Notes: generated from the sequence alone by a model not told the origin. Shown: positions 13,876-30,605, counted from the first letter of the stretch. The stretch: 64,000 bases of DNA from the human T2T-CHM13v2.0 reference genome, Homo sapiens (GCF_009914755.1 NC_060946.1); one strand, 5' to 3'. Made by a program: numbers and translations.

Positions 13876-14365
13876 GTAAGTACCCTCGAGGGAACTGTCC
13901 TTCCCTTTGGTTTGTAGAAAGCTGTTTCCACTTCCCCATTGCTTCAAGCACGAGGCTCTTTGTAAGAATATGGATGGGAGAATTGTGCCCTCTATAGTGG
14001 TTTACCGAGGAAAGCCCTAAAGATAGCTGCAAACGGTTTTTTTGTTCCGGCTTTATGCTGCCATTTTCTTAAAAGAGGGACAATTTCAAACTCATTCTGG
14101 GTGAGAAATACAAAAGGCATATCAAAAGTTATACATGGTCTAAAAGTAAGTTACTCATAGGAATTAGATTTTCTTTAAAAGATAGTTAATGTTCACTATA
14201 GTTTAAAAAACAGAACTCCTTGAATAATATTGCATGAATTGTTTTAGGTTTCTCTAAGTTATTTGTCACCACTGACCAAAGTTCTGGGTTTTTTCCCCTT
14301 TTGTCTGATGAATCTTGTGAACAGATTTGCTACATCTGCAATTTTGTTTCTTTCTTCTTCTTTAG

Positions 14366-14368
14366 TGA
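14366..14368 (+). CDS. ATXN10: ATXN10 last exon: coding part is the TGA stop only
   Basis: Polypyrimidine acceptor 'ttttgtttctttcttcttctttag|TGAATG'; a phase-0 junction after ...CCT AAG CCA gives TPKP*. Confidence 0.93.
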   Translation, partial: 

Positions 14369-14644
14369 ATGAACTACATCCAAATACCTGAATTTTTGGA
14401 ATCTGTTTCATGGATTTTTCATCTTCTACCGTATGTGAAATTGCAAGTGTTTGAAGATTTATAAGTACAAATTTGGGAACATACAAATCTTTTAGGTAGT
14501 AGAGTTTAACGTGTATAAGCTAAAAGTGAAAGTAACTGAGTGTTCTCTTGTTTCTTTGCATTAATGTAACTGTGTGGTTTGCCTTTGTCCCCCTGGATAG
14601 AACGTGCATTTAAAGAATATATTGTACTTACTGTGACAGCAGAT

Positions 14645-14650
14645 AATAAA
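14645..14650 (+). terminator. ATXN10: Proximal poly(A) signal AATAAA
   Basis: Upstream TGTA elements and a downstream GT-rich 'ttggatgttggcttgactgtgtttgtcc'. Confidence 0.7.
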
Positions 14651-15973
14651 CCAGTCTCTTGGAGGGCACAACCCTTATTTGACAAAACTTGGATGTTGGC
14701 TTGACTGTGTTTGTCCCTTCAGATGGCAAGTCAGCATCATTCTTTATATTCCTCTTCTCATTGGGTTTTCTGAACTCTGGCAGGCGGTTGAAGTAGTTTC
14801 TCACTGTGATTAATTCTAGCAATCTCTTTTCACCCCTCTGCCTTTCCAAAACATTGACAAGACTCATTTCCAGTTAATTAATTCGAGAACCCTCCCTCTT
14901 CATTTTGGGTACTGGGCTGTCTTGTCACTGAGCCCTATCCCTTTGGAATGTGGCAGGGAGTGAGGTTGGTGAGAGAACATGTGGGCACTTAACTCTTCAT
15001 GTTCCAGTTCATCCCAGAAGTAGACATCCCAGGACCCATTCTGTGTCAAGGTGAATGCCTGTGTCCTCCCCAGCTTCATGCCTCTGTCATGGGGGAAGGA
15101 ATAGCTTATGTTCTGCTCTGGTGCAGTGCCGTAGATTAAAGGTACATTTCTATCTTCTTTGATTTAAAAAGCACCAGTCTCATAAAGGTGCCACTCAGTT
15201 TTAGCCATGTCTTCACTGAAATTGCAAAAGTACTTTTAGGGAGCAGGAGTTTATTTGACATCTAGTTATCTGTCTGTCTGTTCATCTATCTATCTGTCTG
15301 CTGTATGAGAGGTAGGACTGGATTAAATGACCACTGAACTCACTGAATCCAGATCATTCATATCATCAACAAAAGCTCTAGGGGGAGGTCACGTTGTGAA
15401 TGCTTAAAACATATTATTTTCTTCAACAACCATATCGCTAAACTAATATATCCAGAGATTTTGCACAATTCGTGTTGAACCTTCCAAAACAAAAATAAAG
15501 ACCTGTCCAAAAGTTTTGACAAAAATACTGATTGCTCCCAAATAAAGTGCTTCTAAGCTTTGTGTAGACATAGTTTAACTGATTTGTAAAAATAGCTTAA
15601 GCATGTTGAGAATGAAGTAAAAGTTTTCCCATGTGCTGTCTAATGTACTCTGTGTAACTCTGAAGACACATCAGCTTCTAGGATTGCAGCAATCTATGAA
15701 TAACATTTTTTCTCTCATTTATGACTTTCCATCAGTAAAGAAGCCATTGCAGAATTTAAAATTACACAAAGGAGTCATTCTCTCCTGGGACATAAAGAGT
15801 TAAAGCTCTGTCCTCTAAATAGAAGCCTGGCCAAAGGGAGAAAACAGTGGGAGTCCCTTTTCCCTTTTAACAAGTTTGCAATAGACACTTCTTTTTTTCC
15901 TGTCTCAATGGATGTGTGCACACCAGTGGAATCGCACAAACTTGTCGGTATGAGCTATATAATAACAAACACA

Positions 15974-15983
15974 AATAAATAAA
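15974..15983 (+). terminator. ATXN10: Distal overlapping double poly(A) signal AATAAATAAA
   Basis: AATAAA at 15974 and 15978; CA at ~16003; downstream GT-rich 'ggttatgtgttttct'. Confidence 0.75.
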
Positions 15984-16471
15984 AGGGAGCCTTGTGAGAA
16001 TACAGAATGGGGTAATGGTTATGTGTTTTCTAAGTAGGAAGTGTGGGGCTTGCATAGTGAAAACATGCTGATGACTGCATTGTGGCTGCCTTTGATTCCC
16101 TCGGATGGATTAATTCTTGAGCACAACAGCTTCCCTGTCCTCTACCGTGGAGGACTCGGAGCTCCTGAGAACCTTGTTTTACATGCTATAGAGGATTAAT
16201 CATCACCTCAATCAGTCATTTAGAAGGAAGAAAAAAGCAGGCCAGCCTTACAAAATTTGTAAAGAGACAGAATGGTCACAGCAAGTTTTGTGACCATATT
16301 ATTGCTTTCAAGAGCGAGCTGACAAAGCTTTTAGCTGGCTTCACTTTAAAAGATAGAGGGGAAGGCTTCTCAGCTTGATACTGAGTCCAAGTATTTGCAG
16401 AGTGATTATTTTTTAATACCTTAACAATGGATGTGAAGATTTCAAAAATACTTATTTTTGCAATCTTAAAA

Positions 16472-16779
16472 CAGTCAGCTCTCTGTATCCACAGATTGAA
16501 CCAACTGGGGATTGAAAATACTCAGGAAAAATAAAATAGTAGTACAACAACAAAAAATAATACAAATTTTAAAATACAAGGTAACAACTATTTCCATAGC
16601 ATTTACATTTTATTAGGTGTTACAAGTAATCTGGAGATGATTTAAAGTATGTGGGAGAATGCGGGTAGTTTATATGCAAATACTGTGAAGGCTCATATCA
16701 GAGACTTGAGCATCCATAGATTTTGGCATCCAAGCGGGGGTTCCTGAAACCAATACTCCACAGATTTCAAGGGCCAACT
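16472..16779 (-). mobile_element. MER2 (Tigger-derived) DNA transposon relic
   Basis: 'catagcatttacattttattaggtgttacaagtaatctggagatgatttaaagtat' and 'gacttgagcatccatagattttggcatcc' are reverse complements of the MER2 consensus. Confidence 0.8.
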
Positions 16780-16816
16780 TACTAAACTGTTAGGATTTGT
16801 TAATATTTGTTCATTG

Positions 16817-17002
16817 TCCTCCTGCCCCAGCCGTGTAAGACATGCCTGCTTCCTCTTCTGCCATGATCCTAAGTTTCCTGAGGCCTCCCGAGCCATCCTT
16901 CCTGTATAGCCTGCAGAGCCATGAGCCAATTAAACCTCTTTTCTTTATAAATTATCTAGTCTCAGGGAGTTCTGTGTAGCAATATGAGAACGCACTAATA
17001 CA
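16817..17002 (+). mobile_element. 3' half of an MST (MaLR) LTR; inverted copy of 18764-18949
   Basis: 'aagtttcctgaggcctccc...gagccaattaaacctcttttctttataaatta...ctaataca'. Confidence 0.9.
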
Positions 17003-17287
17003 ACGTCCTGATTTTGTGGTTCTGTTCTTGTTTTTGTTTTTAGGAGCTAACATTGAGATGCATTTTTTTGTTGTTGTTCAGTAACTTCACAATCTAAGCA
17101 TAGGGCTTTGGAAACTGCTAAAACATGTCATTTGCAAAATAGGATATAGAAAAAATGATTGAGATGATTTGGGCTACCAATTAATACGTCTTTAAATCAA
17201 ATTTTTTTGTGTGCATCTTACATCCATTCTCTCTTGAAGTCATTCATGTGCTGCCCTGATAACACATGGCATTTAAGTGTTATTTAA

Positions 17288-17557
<270 letters not shown>

Positions 17558-18763
17558 TTAAAATGATTTTTTTACTGTCCTTTAGTTTCTGTCCTTGAAT
17601 GAATAAACAAAGATGTTAGAACAAAAATTCCAGTCTTTGCAGGAAGAAAACTTTTTAAAAAATCTTTCATCATCAGTAAGTTCTACACATAAGTGCTTCA
17701 CATGTGAAGCAGTAGAATTGAGGCGGAATTTTTAAATGCAGAAAAGTTGAGGAAGAACCTTAACATTTAAGATCTAATATAAAACCAAGCCTGTGGGGTG
17801 GGGGGGAACCAAAAAAACAACAACAAAAAAACACCCTCTCGGTGCTGTCCAAGGTTCTGATCGTTTCAGCCATATTGGCTTGTCCACATAAAATCAATTA
17901 AAAACCTTGTTTTCAAACTTCAGATTTTTTTTCTTGTGTTTGTATGACACAATATCTGTTTCCTCTTTCCTACACACTTTATATATTTATTTATATTTTG
18001 AGGTCAAATATTATGTGATACTTTGCAATATGAATTTCATATACCATCCACAATATAAATGAATTTGTAAGCTTTTGCTGTAAACATAGTGGTTATGGTA
18101 TTAACTCATCCATCAGACTTTCCTCATCTCAACCAGAGACATTCCTGTCAGTGGAAATTAATTTTCACAGTTTTCCATAATTATTTATTCTTGCTTAAAT
18201 TAGAAACATTATATTAAATGTTTCTTTTTGTTTAAACAACGTCATATACATTATTCATTTACTCACAAATTTCTATGCTTATTTCACATCATTGAAGCAA
18301 GGGCTTAGGCAATTTTTATCATACGGATTTAATTTTTCCACCACTTTGTAAAGTGTATTGGCCAAGAATATCAGCTCTGAAGCTAGAATTCCTGGGTTTC
18401 AGTCCCTGCTCTTTCTCCTGCTTAACCCATGGGCAGGTTCTATAAGTTCTGGGTGTCCCCATTTTCTCATTGTCAGCCCCACTGAAAATGCGGCTCATAA
18501 TACCACCTGCCTGATGAGAGCACATGAGAGCACAAGCAAGTGGTTGTGTGTGAAGTGCTTAGTCCTGGTATTAATCCCATTATATGAATGAGGAAGTTGA
18601 GTCACAGAGAAGTTATGCCCAAGGACACACAGCAGTTAATGCTTAGTGATTAATTGCTATAGTTAATTGGAAGAGAATGAGTGAGAAAAAAATAGATAGC
18701 TTCTTTTCCCAGAATCGTGGAAAATTAATATAGCAGAAATGCCTGGACTATGGCTTTGGACGT

Positions 18764-19127
18764 TGTGTTAGTGCATTCTCGCATTGCTATACAGAACTCC
18801 CTGAGACTGGGTAATTTATAAAGAAAAGAGGTTTAATTGGCTCACGGCTCTGCAGGCTATACAGGAAGTATGGCTGGGGAGGCCTCAGGAAACTTAGGAT
18901 CATGGCAGAAGGGGAAGCAGGCACGTCTTACATGGCTGGAGCAGGAGGAAGAGAGTGAGGGTGGTGGAGAAGTGCTACACACTTTTAACCAGATGTTGTG
19001 AGAACTCACTATCATGATAACAGCAAGGGTGAAATCCACCCACATGATCCAGTCACCTCCTATCAGGACATTGGGGATTACAGTTGAACATGAAAATTGG
19101 GCAGGGACACAAATCCAAACCATATCA
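18764..19127 (-). mobile_element. Complete solo MST (MSTA/MSTB-like) LTR with 5-bp TSD GACGT/GATGT
   Basis: Termini tgtgttag... and ...aaaccatatca; TSD at 18759-18763 and 19128-19132, differing by one CpG transition. Confidence 0.9.
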
Positions 19128-19269
19128 GATGTAGAGCAAGGAGAGTGCTATGGGAAGAACATACGCTTGCAATTAGAAAAACTCAAGTTCAAATCTCAAC
19201 TTCACTTGCCAGCTGTGTGGCCTTGAGCAAGTTACTTAACCACTCTGAGCCTACGTTTCCCCCTCGAGG

Positions 19270-20330
19270 ACTGTACCATGCACTAGGGATACAACAGTGA
19301 ACAAGACAGACATGGCCTCTGCTCTCATAAGGATTATCTTCTGGTGAGGGTGACAGAAAGTTATTAATAAGTGAACAAATATGTAAAACGAGAGCATTGC
19401 ATATTGTAGTAAGTGCCATGAAGAAAATAGGCAAGTTGATGGTAACTGGGGTGTTCTTTTTGAGTAAAAGCCAGAAGAAGGTTGAAAAGGTGCCAGCTGT
19501 GCAAAGAATCAGAGAGAAGTGTTCTGGAAGAGGGAGCAGCAAGTGCAGAGGCCCCAAAATTGGAAAAGCTTCACCTGTTCAGGGACCAGGTGGGTGGCCA
19601 GTGGGCCCAGTGCCTGGTGGCCAGGGGAGAACATCATAAGACCAAGTCAGAGGGGTCAGCAGGAATCAGATCATGCAGGGTCTTCAAGGCCATGGGAGGA
19701 ATTTGAATTTTGCTTGAAGTACACTGGGAAGCTATTGAGCCATTTTTAGCAGAGGAATGCCAAGATTCTGCTTGCACTTTTAAATGACTACTCTTGCTGC
19801 AGTGTGGAAAATGGAGAGGAGAAAGAATGAAAGTAGAGAAATTGCGTATGGGGCTGTTGATGACAGTGATCTAGACAAGCATGGTGGCAGTGGAAATGGA
19901 GAGAGAGACTTGAGTTGGAACTGTGTGTCTGAGGGAGGATCCGTAGGACAAGCTGAGGGTGGAGTGCATGAAGTCCACAAGAGTAGCTCCTGAGATCTGT
20001 CGAACAGCTGGGTGGATGATTGTCCATTCACTGGGGTGGAAAAGTTGAATGTGAAGATTGGTTCTTGTGTATGTTTTATTTGTGGCAAAGAGAATCCAGA
20101 ATTCTATTTTGGGCAAATGAAGTTTGAGATGCTTTTGAGACATCCAAGTGGTGATGATTTTAAAAAGTAATTGGACCTATAAACTAGGGCTCAGAAGACA
20201 GATCAGTATTGGAAATAGATATTTGGAATGATTGGTTTTATGTATAGATGATATGAAGCCATGGAAATCAATGAGATTATCTAGGGTGAGGTTGTAGAAA
20301 GACTAGTGAAGCAGGCCTGCTGTCAACGTG
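19270..20330 (-). mobile_element. L2 fragment
   Basis: 'gcactagggatacaacagtgaacaagacagacatggcc', 'cagcaagtgcagaggccc', 'aagtttgagatgcttttgagacatccaagtgg'. Confidence 0.75.
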
Positions 20331-22584
20331 TGGCCCACAGTCTAAACTTGCTCTCAACATTAGAGCATGAGGCTCCTCAGTATGCTAGAGACCCCTCAAA
20401 AAAATTGTAATGGCTTTATCACAAAAATGTACCATAATGGACTTGAGCATTCCCTTCTTTTTTAAATATATTTATGTATTGGTGGGGAGGGGGTCTTGCT
20501 CTATCACACAGGCTGAAATTCAATGCCACAACCATGGTTCCCTGCAGCCTTGAACTCCTGGGCTCAATTGATCCTCCCACTTCAGCCTCCTGAGTAGCTG
20601 GGTCTACAGGTGTGAGCCAGTGCACCCGGCTACCATTCCCTTCTTGTTAGACATTTTATTTTCTGCTTCTTATCATTAGAAATGCTGCAGTCAACATCTT
20701 AGGGCTTAAAGCCTTATCTTTGTTTTAGGTTGCATACTGTGGGAGGTCAAGGAAGGAAGATAAGGGGTTAGAGAAGATTTGTCTCAGAGAAGTAATCATA
20801 TTAGAAAAGAAAAGGCACTTCCCAACTAGGTAGTTCTGACCAAACCCCTCTGAAGGCAACTGAAACACAGGTCAGAATAGTTTCAGCTACTGTTTAAAGG
20901 TACCTGGGAGCTAGCAAGACACAGCAAGGAATTACAGGGCCAGGGTCTGGGAGTGAAAAGAGGCCCAGGAAGATAAGTGTATTTGGGTTGCTGTTTCCTC
21001 TGAAAGTATTTTTCACTTCAGAGGAGGAGGCAGAGTGGCTAAGAGGCCAAAGAGTGCTTATGAGAGTCCTGGGAGCCAAGGTGGTGGGATGCTGTCCCGG
21101 TGAACCTCCATTGCTACAGGCAGGGGACCCAGTGGGCTGAATCAGAAGAGTCGCAGTGAACCGGAAGTAGTTCCTCCCAGAGACCACACTCAGTTTCCAA
21201 CCATTTGCACCCCAGAAACTGAACTAAAGTTCCCCTTGTGTGCTATGACGTGTGATGTCAGTGATGCACTACATCCTGGAGTGCTGCTCACTCAGGCGTC
21301 TAGCAACAGAAATCTCAGGAAAACGGCTCTACCCTTGGTCTTGCGTTATTTGTATAGTTTTTCATACGTTGTCTCAATCAAAAATAGGAGGTGACGAGAC
21401 AACACGATATGAAAGTCAAAAGAAGCGATAACAAATAGAAACAAACTTAGAGGGGCTCCTGATAGTGGAGTCTTCAGGCAGGAATTTCAAATAACTTTAT
21501 TCGATGTGTTTAAAGAGACAAAGGACAATATTGGAAACGTCAGCAAAAGAAGGGACACACTGTGACAGGGGGACCAAATGAAAATTCTTGAACTGGAAAA
21601 ATATAACTAAAATTAAGAAATCAATGGATGAGTTTAGCCACAAAAAAGATAAATAGCAAATGGAAGGAAAATAGCTCAGTCGAAAACATCCAGAAGGGAT
21701 CGCTGAGAGACCAAATGATGAAAAATATAGATGATAGAGTAAAAGACATATAGGATACAGTGAAAGGTTAAGTTCTGATATCCCTATTTAGGGTCTAAGA
21801 AGAGAGGAAAAAATGGGTGCTTTAGTTTTTAGTAATAATACCCAAAAGTCACCACCAAACCTTGGGGTTTGAATATTACCAAGAAAGCAGAGTATTGAGA
21901 GAAAATTCACACGAGCATCACTTAGCCTAGAGAGGTGATTCTTTTCGTTCCTTCAATAAGCCAAGCAGTAATTGTGAGCAAGCAGAAGACAGGGCCACCA
22001 TTTCCCGAGGTTGGTCAGTCTTTTCTCTCTCTCTTTTTGCCTTAGTCTCACTTGCACGTTTCTTGCCCCAGCCAGCGTGTCTAGTGACCACCACTTAGAA
22101 ACTTCTCATCCCAGTCTGCATAAGGGGCTGGAGTCAATATGTGGTTGGCACGTAGTGCTCTCAGCCAGCTCGTTGCACTCTAAAGAGACTCAGGTGGTCA
22201 GCACTCACTCAATCCTCCACGTGCTCTGACAGGCTGGGCTTTGACTGGGTATCTGGGCACTTAGTGTGCTTCTTTTCCTATAAGCTCACAATTGCATTGT
22301 TCTGACTGGTTACGCCCACACTAACCTCCTCCGTTACATCATGGGTTAAGGGAGTTATTTACAGCTTACGAGTATAGCAGGGATTTATGTCTTTGGGTAA
22401 AGTAACTATGTTTTATCTCAACACACACAACTTCTCACAAACAACATATGCTTATCCCAACAGGGCACACATTTACGATTTTGGCAGGTTTTTTAGTAGT
22501 AACATGATTTTCACCTCTTCTAAAAAAATTCTGTAGTGCATTTGAAGGGAAACACGATTACAAGCAAAAGGACATTTTGGTGGG

Positions 22585-22906
22585 TGTTATGGGCTGAATT
22601 GTGTACCCCCAAAATTCATATAATAAAGTCCTAACCTCAGAATGTGACCATATTTGGAGCCAAGGTTTTTAAAGAACTAAGTTAAAATAAAGTCATTAGG
22701 GTGGACCCTAATCCAGTATAACTGCTGTTCTTTTACAAAAAGAGGAAGTTTGGACACAGATACAGAGGGAAGACCACGAGAAGACACAGGGAGAAGACAA
22801 TAATCTATAAGCCGGGGAGTGAGGCCTCAGAAGAGAGAATAAATTTCTGTTGTTTAAGCTGCTCAGTGTGTGGTACTTTGTATGGCAGCCCTGGCAAACT
22901 AATAAA
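22585..22906 (+). mobile_element. MLT1 (MLT1B-like) solo LTR
   Basis: Starts 'tgttatgggctgaattgtgtacccccaaaattcata' and ends 'ggcagccctggcaaactaata'. Confidence 0.85.
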
Positions 22907-22999
22907 TGGTAGGAACCTTGTTTGCCAGTTTGTTTGAAACACAGCAAATATACCTAATGTCCTTTGTAATGGAGGATAAGGCACGTGCCACAAAGATTT

Positions 23000-25815
<2,816 letters not shown>

Positions 25816-25819
25816 AGAG

Positions 25820-26254
25820 TGATTTCTCCAGAGAAGTCAATAGGAATATATGTAAAATAAGGAACTGGCTCACAAACCGTGTAGACCGAAGTCCCACAAT
25901 ATGCTGTCTGCAAACTGAGGACCAGGAAAGCAGTGGTGTAAATTCCAGTTTGGGTACAAAGGCAGAGAACCAGGAGAGCCAGTGGTGTAAGTCCCAGTCC
26001 ACGGGCAGAAGACCAATGTTTCAGTTCAAGCAGCAGGCAGAGACAGCATTTAACATTCCTCTGCCTTGTTCTTTTCAGGCCCTCAGCAGATGGGATGATG
26101 CCCACCTACCCTGGGGTGGACTGTCTGTGTTATTCCGTCCAGATGCCAAACTGTTCTGGAAACACCCTCACCGAGACACCCAGAAATAATGTGTAACCAG
26201 ATATCTGGGCATCCTATGGTCCAGTCACGTTGACACGTAAAATTAACCATCACA
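25820..26254 (-). mobile_element. MLT2-family 3' LTR of an ERVL provirus
   Basis: Minus strand starts TGTGATGGTTAATTTTACGTGTCAAC, immediately after the ERVL polypurine tract GGTGCCAAGCTGACAAAGGGTGGACT. Confidence 0.88.
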
Positions 26255-29200
26255 AGTCCACCCTTTGTCAGCTTGGCACCTATACCTGTCTCCGTAAACC
26301 ACACTTCTCCAAATGAAGACAATAACAAAGTCATAATTCTGCCTAAATGATACACATATCCCAAGTACAACTGAAAATGCACTAACCCCTTCACCCGAAG
26401 AGGAAGTAGAGTCCTTAAGTGTTTATTCGTCTCCTTGATATCCTATGACTTAAATACTGTGATGTAAAATTAACAATACTTAAAATACTATACTGTAAAG
26501 TCAGTACACCTCATGTTGCATGGTAAAGGAATAATCTAGGAAAGAAAATGAAGATACTTGCTATGCTTTATAGATATACACCCACAAACATATTCATCAT
26601 TAGATTGGTCATGTGGTTGTAGCTGGTATTTATAACTACCTTCTGCTACTGCATTGCATGTAGGGAAGGCAATTGTACCCAGAGTGTCTGTTTCAGTAAA
26701 GACAAAATGCTATTCCTTCTGTGATGGGAGCAGTCCTTGTCATCTGCCTGCTACCAGGTAGCTGGTCAATCATCCTGGGGAGTGGTGCCATATTGGGGCT
26801 CAATGTTGGTCTCTACTCCTGGCCGACTGGATGCCCGGTGGTATTCAGGCAGCCTTGGTGGGTGGAATTCCATGTTGCTGAGCCCATGCATAGCCTTCAT
26901 CACTGCCACCGTGGCCACTTTGTTCATGAGCCCATTGGACAGTGACAGGAGTGGCTGGGAAAACAGGCTGCCTGTCATTCCCACAATGGGCTATTCTCTC
27001 CACCAGATTTTTTTAAATCCTGCTTTGCTGAGGTCATCTTTTGGTGGGCATTCTCATGGAAAAACGTCTTCACATTTATTTTCCCACTCAGGTCTCCCTA
27101 CATACCTCTTCCTAAGACATCCTTGTCACCAGCTTTTCAGTCATGCTCCTTCCAAGTCCCTGGCCACCCAGCCAGACCTTTGGCCACAGCTCATGAATTG
27201 GTAGATAATCACATATCTGGTCATCTCTCCTTCAAGGCACAGCGCACAACCAGGTGCATTGCTTGAAGTTCTGCCCACTGGGAAGATTTCCCTTCACCAG
27301 TCTCCTTCAGGGGTGTCCTAGAACGGGGCTGTCATGCTACAGCTGTCCCACTTCAGGTGGTGCCTGCGAATCATGCAGAACCATCTGAGAACCAGGCCCA
27401 AGTCCTCTCTTCTGACAGCTGGTCACAGGGAACTCTCTGAAGCCGTCATGCAGGCTTCAACACTTCTCTCTCTGGGAGAGAGAGGGCAAGGTAGCAGGAG
27501 TGGGGACCATGGGCATTTGGGCCACTTCTTCGTGTAATTTGTGCCTTCAGGGTTTGCTCAGACCCAGTCACATACACACCACTTCCAGTTGATGATGGAG
27601 CGCTGCTGTGCACGCCCAACCTTGTGGCTTGGTGGGTCAGATAACACCCAGGTCATGATGGGCAGCTCAGGTCACATGGTGACTTGATGGCCCCTGGTTA
27701 AGTGTTCTTCTGTCTGTGCTAAGGCCCGGCAGTAGGCCAAGGGCTGTTTCTCGAAAGGAGAGCAGGCATCTGTGGAAGGTGGTGGAGCCCTGCTCCCAAA
27801 TCCCAAGAGCCTGTGCTGTGATTTACCTGTGGGGCCTGCCACAGGCTCCATGCAGCGTCCCTGTCTGCCACTGACACCTCAGCACCACTGGATCTGCTGG
27901 GTCTTATGGCCCGAGTGGCAGAGAGCCTGCTGTAGAGCCTCCTCCTGCTCTGGGCCCCACTCAGAGCCAGCAGCTTTTTTGGTTACTTGGTAAAAGGGCT
28001 AATACCCTCAGATGAGGACTATGTTGTCTCCAAAATCCAAAGAGGTCCACTAGGCATTGTGCCTCCTTTTTGGTTATAGGAGGGCCTGATTTCACAATTT
28101 ATCCTTCACTTTAGAAGTGCTATCTTGACATGCCCCCACACAACTGGACCACTAGAAATCTCATTGAGGTAGAAGTCCCCTGAATTTTAGTTGGATTTCC
28201 TTCGCACCCCCTGACACACAAATGTCTGACTAGTAGGTCTACTGCTTTGCTACTTCCTGCTCACTAGGTTCAGTCAGCATCATGTCATCAGTGTGGATTC
28301 GTGTGATACCTGGTGGAAGGGAAAGGCAACCCGGATCCTTGTGAACTAAATTATGATGTAGATGGGAGGGTTGCTGTGTCCCTGAGGTAGGGCTGTGAGA
28401 GTGTATCATTGACCTTGCCAAGTGAAAGCACACCGCTCGCTCCCAGTGGTCTTCACTAATAGATGTCAGACAAGAACACTTGCTAGATGAGTAGCTGCCT
28501 GAAGGAGATGTGTTAATTTGCTCAAGCAGTGAAACCCTTTCTGGTAAAGCAGCTGCAATTGGAGTCACCGCCTGCTTGAGTTTATGATAATCCACTGTCA
28601 TTTTCTAAGACCCATCTAGTCTCTGCACAGGCAAATAGGTAAGTTGAATCAATGAGGGTTTGGTGGGAGTCACCACCCGTGCCTCCTTCGGATCCTTTAA
28701 TGGTGGCACTCATCTCGGCAGTCCCTCCAGAAATGCAGTATTCCTTTCAGTTTACTGTTTTCCCAGGTAGAGGCAATTCTAGTGGCCTCCACTTGGCCTT
28801 TTCCACCGTAATAGCCCTCATTCCACAGGTCAAGAAACCAGTATGGGGATTCTGCCAGCTGCTGGGTCAAACTATTCCAATTTTGCATCTGGAATTGGGA
28901 AGATAACCACAGGATGGGTTCAGGGACCTGCTGGGCCCACTGTGAGATGCACCTGACCTAAAATTCCATTGATCACCTGACCTCCATAAGCCCTGACTCT
29001 GACTAGTGGACCATGGTGACATTTTGGGTCTCCTGGAATCAGGGTCAGTTCAGAGCCAGTGTCCAGCAGGGTCCACAAAAGGTCTGATTATTTCCTTTTC
29101 CTCAGTGCACAGTTACACTGGTAAAAAGCCCTGGGAGAATTTTTTTTTTTTTTTTGAGGCCAGGTTTTGCTCTGTTGCCCAGGTGGCATCATCTCAGCTC

Positions 29201-30110
29201 ACTGCAACCTCCACCTCCCAGGCTCAAGCTATCCTCCCACCTTAGCCTCCTGAGTAGCTGGGATTCCAGACATGAGTCATTGTGCCCAGCCGAGAAATAC
29301 TAATTGTATAAAATGTTGGTAGGGTGCTGGGGTCCTTCCTCAAGGGGACCCGGCCTTCCTTTCACTCTAGGGGTGCTGGGTCTGTCAACTGGCTCAGGTG
29401 TAGAAATTGAGGGGCATGGCCCTTGTTTTTATGATTCAGGTTAGACCTTTGTTCACTTGACCTAGAACGTTTCTGTTTATGCACGTATCCAGGAAGAATT
29501 GAGTAGCTTCTCTATCTATTGCCCTTGTAGGAACACCATGATCAACTAGCCCATGTCACAGCTCTGTGTGAGTCAGACCCCCTCACTGTCTGGGGTCTGC
29601 TGTCCGTTACAGTGGCTGTGCCTGCCCTGCCTTTGGTGGGTGAGGGCTGCTACTTGGCCCCTGGCACCCTGGCATTCAGTGGCACCCACTGCATTTACAT
29701 TTCCCAGCTCAGTGGCCACAGTTCCCACTGCGAGTCTGACCTGCAGAGAAGAGCAATCACAGAGCTCTTCAAGGAGCCCGGGCCCCTCAAAACCGTGCTG
29801 CTCAGTCGGGGGGACAGGTGTGTCTTCCAGACCCTCCCACGGTGAGCAAGTGGATCTTCAATGACAAATCCACTCTTGCATTCCAGTCTCCCTGCACCTT
29901 TGAATCTCCTTTGATTCTCTCTGGGCTCCTACCGACCACCTCACTCTGCAGGTGCCCCAGCAGGACAGCGGCCGTTTGCTCAGCATCTTCTAAGAGCAAG
30001 GCACCTTATAGAAAGCACTGGATGGAATCCGCCCCTCAATTCGGGTTTGCTGGAGAAGATGTAGACCTTGGTGCTCAGAGACGCTGAATCGCTGGGCTCA
30101 CCCAGGCGGG
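26255..30110 (-). pseudogene. Decayed ERVL (HERV-L-like) internal region: partial gag, protease, RT, RNase H and N-terminal integrase; FRAM/Alu fragment inserted at ~29140-29291
   Basis: Protease LLDTGSELTLIPGDPK (~29022-29069); RT MTVDYHKLKQAVTPIAAALP..VSLLEQINTSP and a degenerate catalytic IHTDDMML; integrase-like GYAWAQQHG and PQYGT; many frameshifts. Confidence 0.9.
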
Positions 30111-30605
30111 TGCGGAGCCCAGTCTGCCCCTTCCACTCGGCCAGGCTGCCTCCCGCCTCTGCCCTGCAGTGCCAGCTTTGTGTTGCCCAATTCATCTGCA
30201 GCCACTAGAGGTATCTTCCTTGAGAATCTCCTGTTGGAGGCTCCCGCTGCCCTCAGGACATGGCCCAGACTCCTTAGAGAGGCACATGAGGTGCGTCCCG
30301 AGCCCTCCTCCAGCCCTCCCTCTCTGGCAGGTGACCATGCAGCAGCCGCAAAGCACTTGGCGGTCTCTTCTGGCTCGAGGCTGACGCCCACGCGAGCCCC
30401 CACCTAGAACCTCCCCAACCTGTGTCCACCGGGTGTGCCCCCAGAAATCTTCTCCAGGAAGACTTCCTGAACAGCCCTCTGCTCCTGTGACGGCTCTGGG
30501 CCCTTTCACATTTGCCTCCCTGCATTGCACTGAGCTAACCCAGGGCTGGGGCGAAAGCGCTTATTGATTCAACCTTCAGCAAACACTGAGCACTAACTAT
30601 GCACT

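Larger units (their letters stand above)
14369..16004 (+). other. ATXN10: ATXN10 3'UTR (long form)
   Basis: Unique AT-rich sequence from the stop to a CA ~20 nt after the distal AATAAA; the end position is inferred. Confidence 0.8.

Noticed and set aside
13413-13931. 172-aa antisense ORF over the ATXN10 exon
   Set aside because: Shadow frame of the real exon plus low-complexity intron; no independent support.
26700-29100. Functional or domesticated reverse transcriptase/integrase
   Set aside because: Frameshifts, stops, a degenerate catalytic motif (HTDD) and a truncated integrase.
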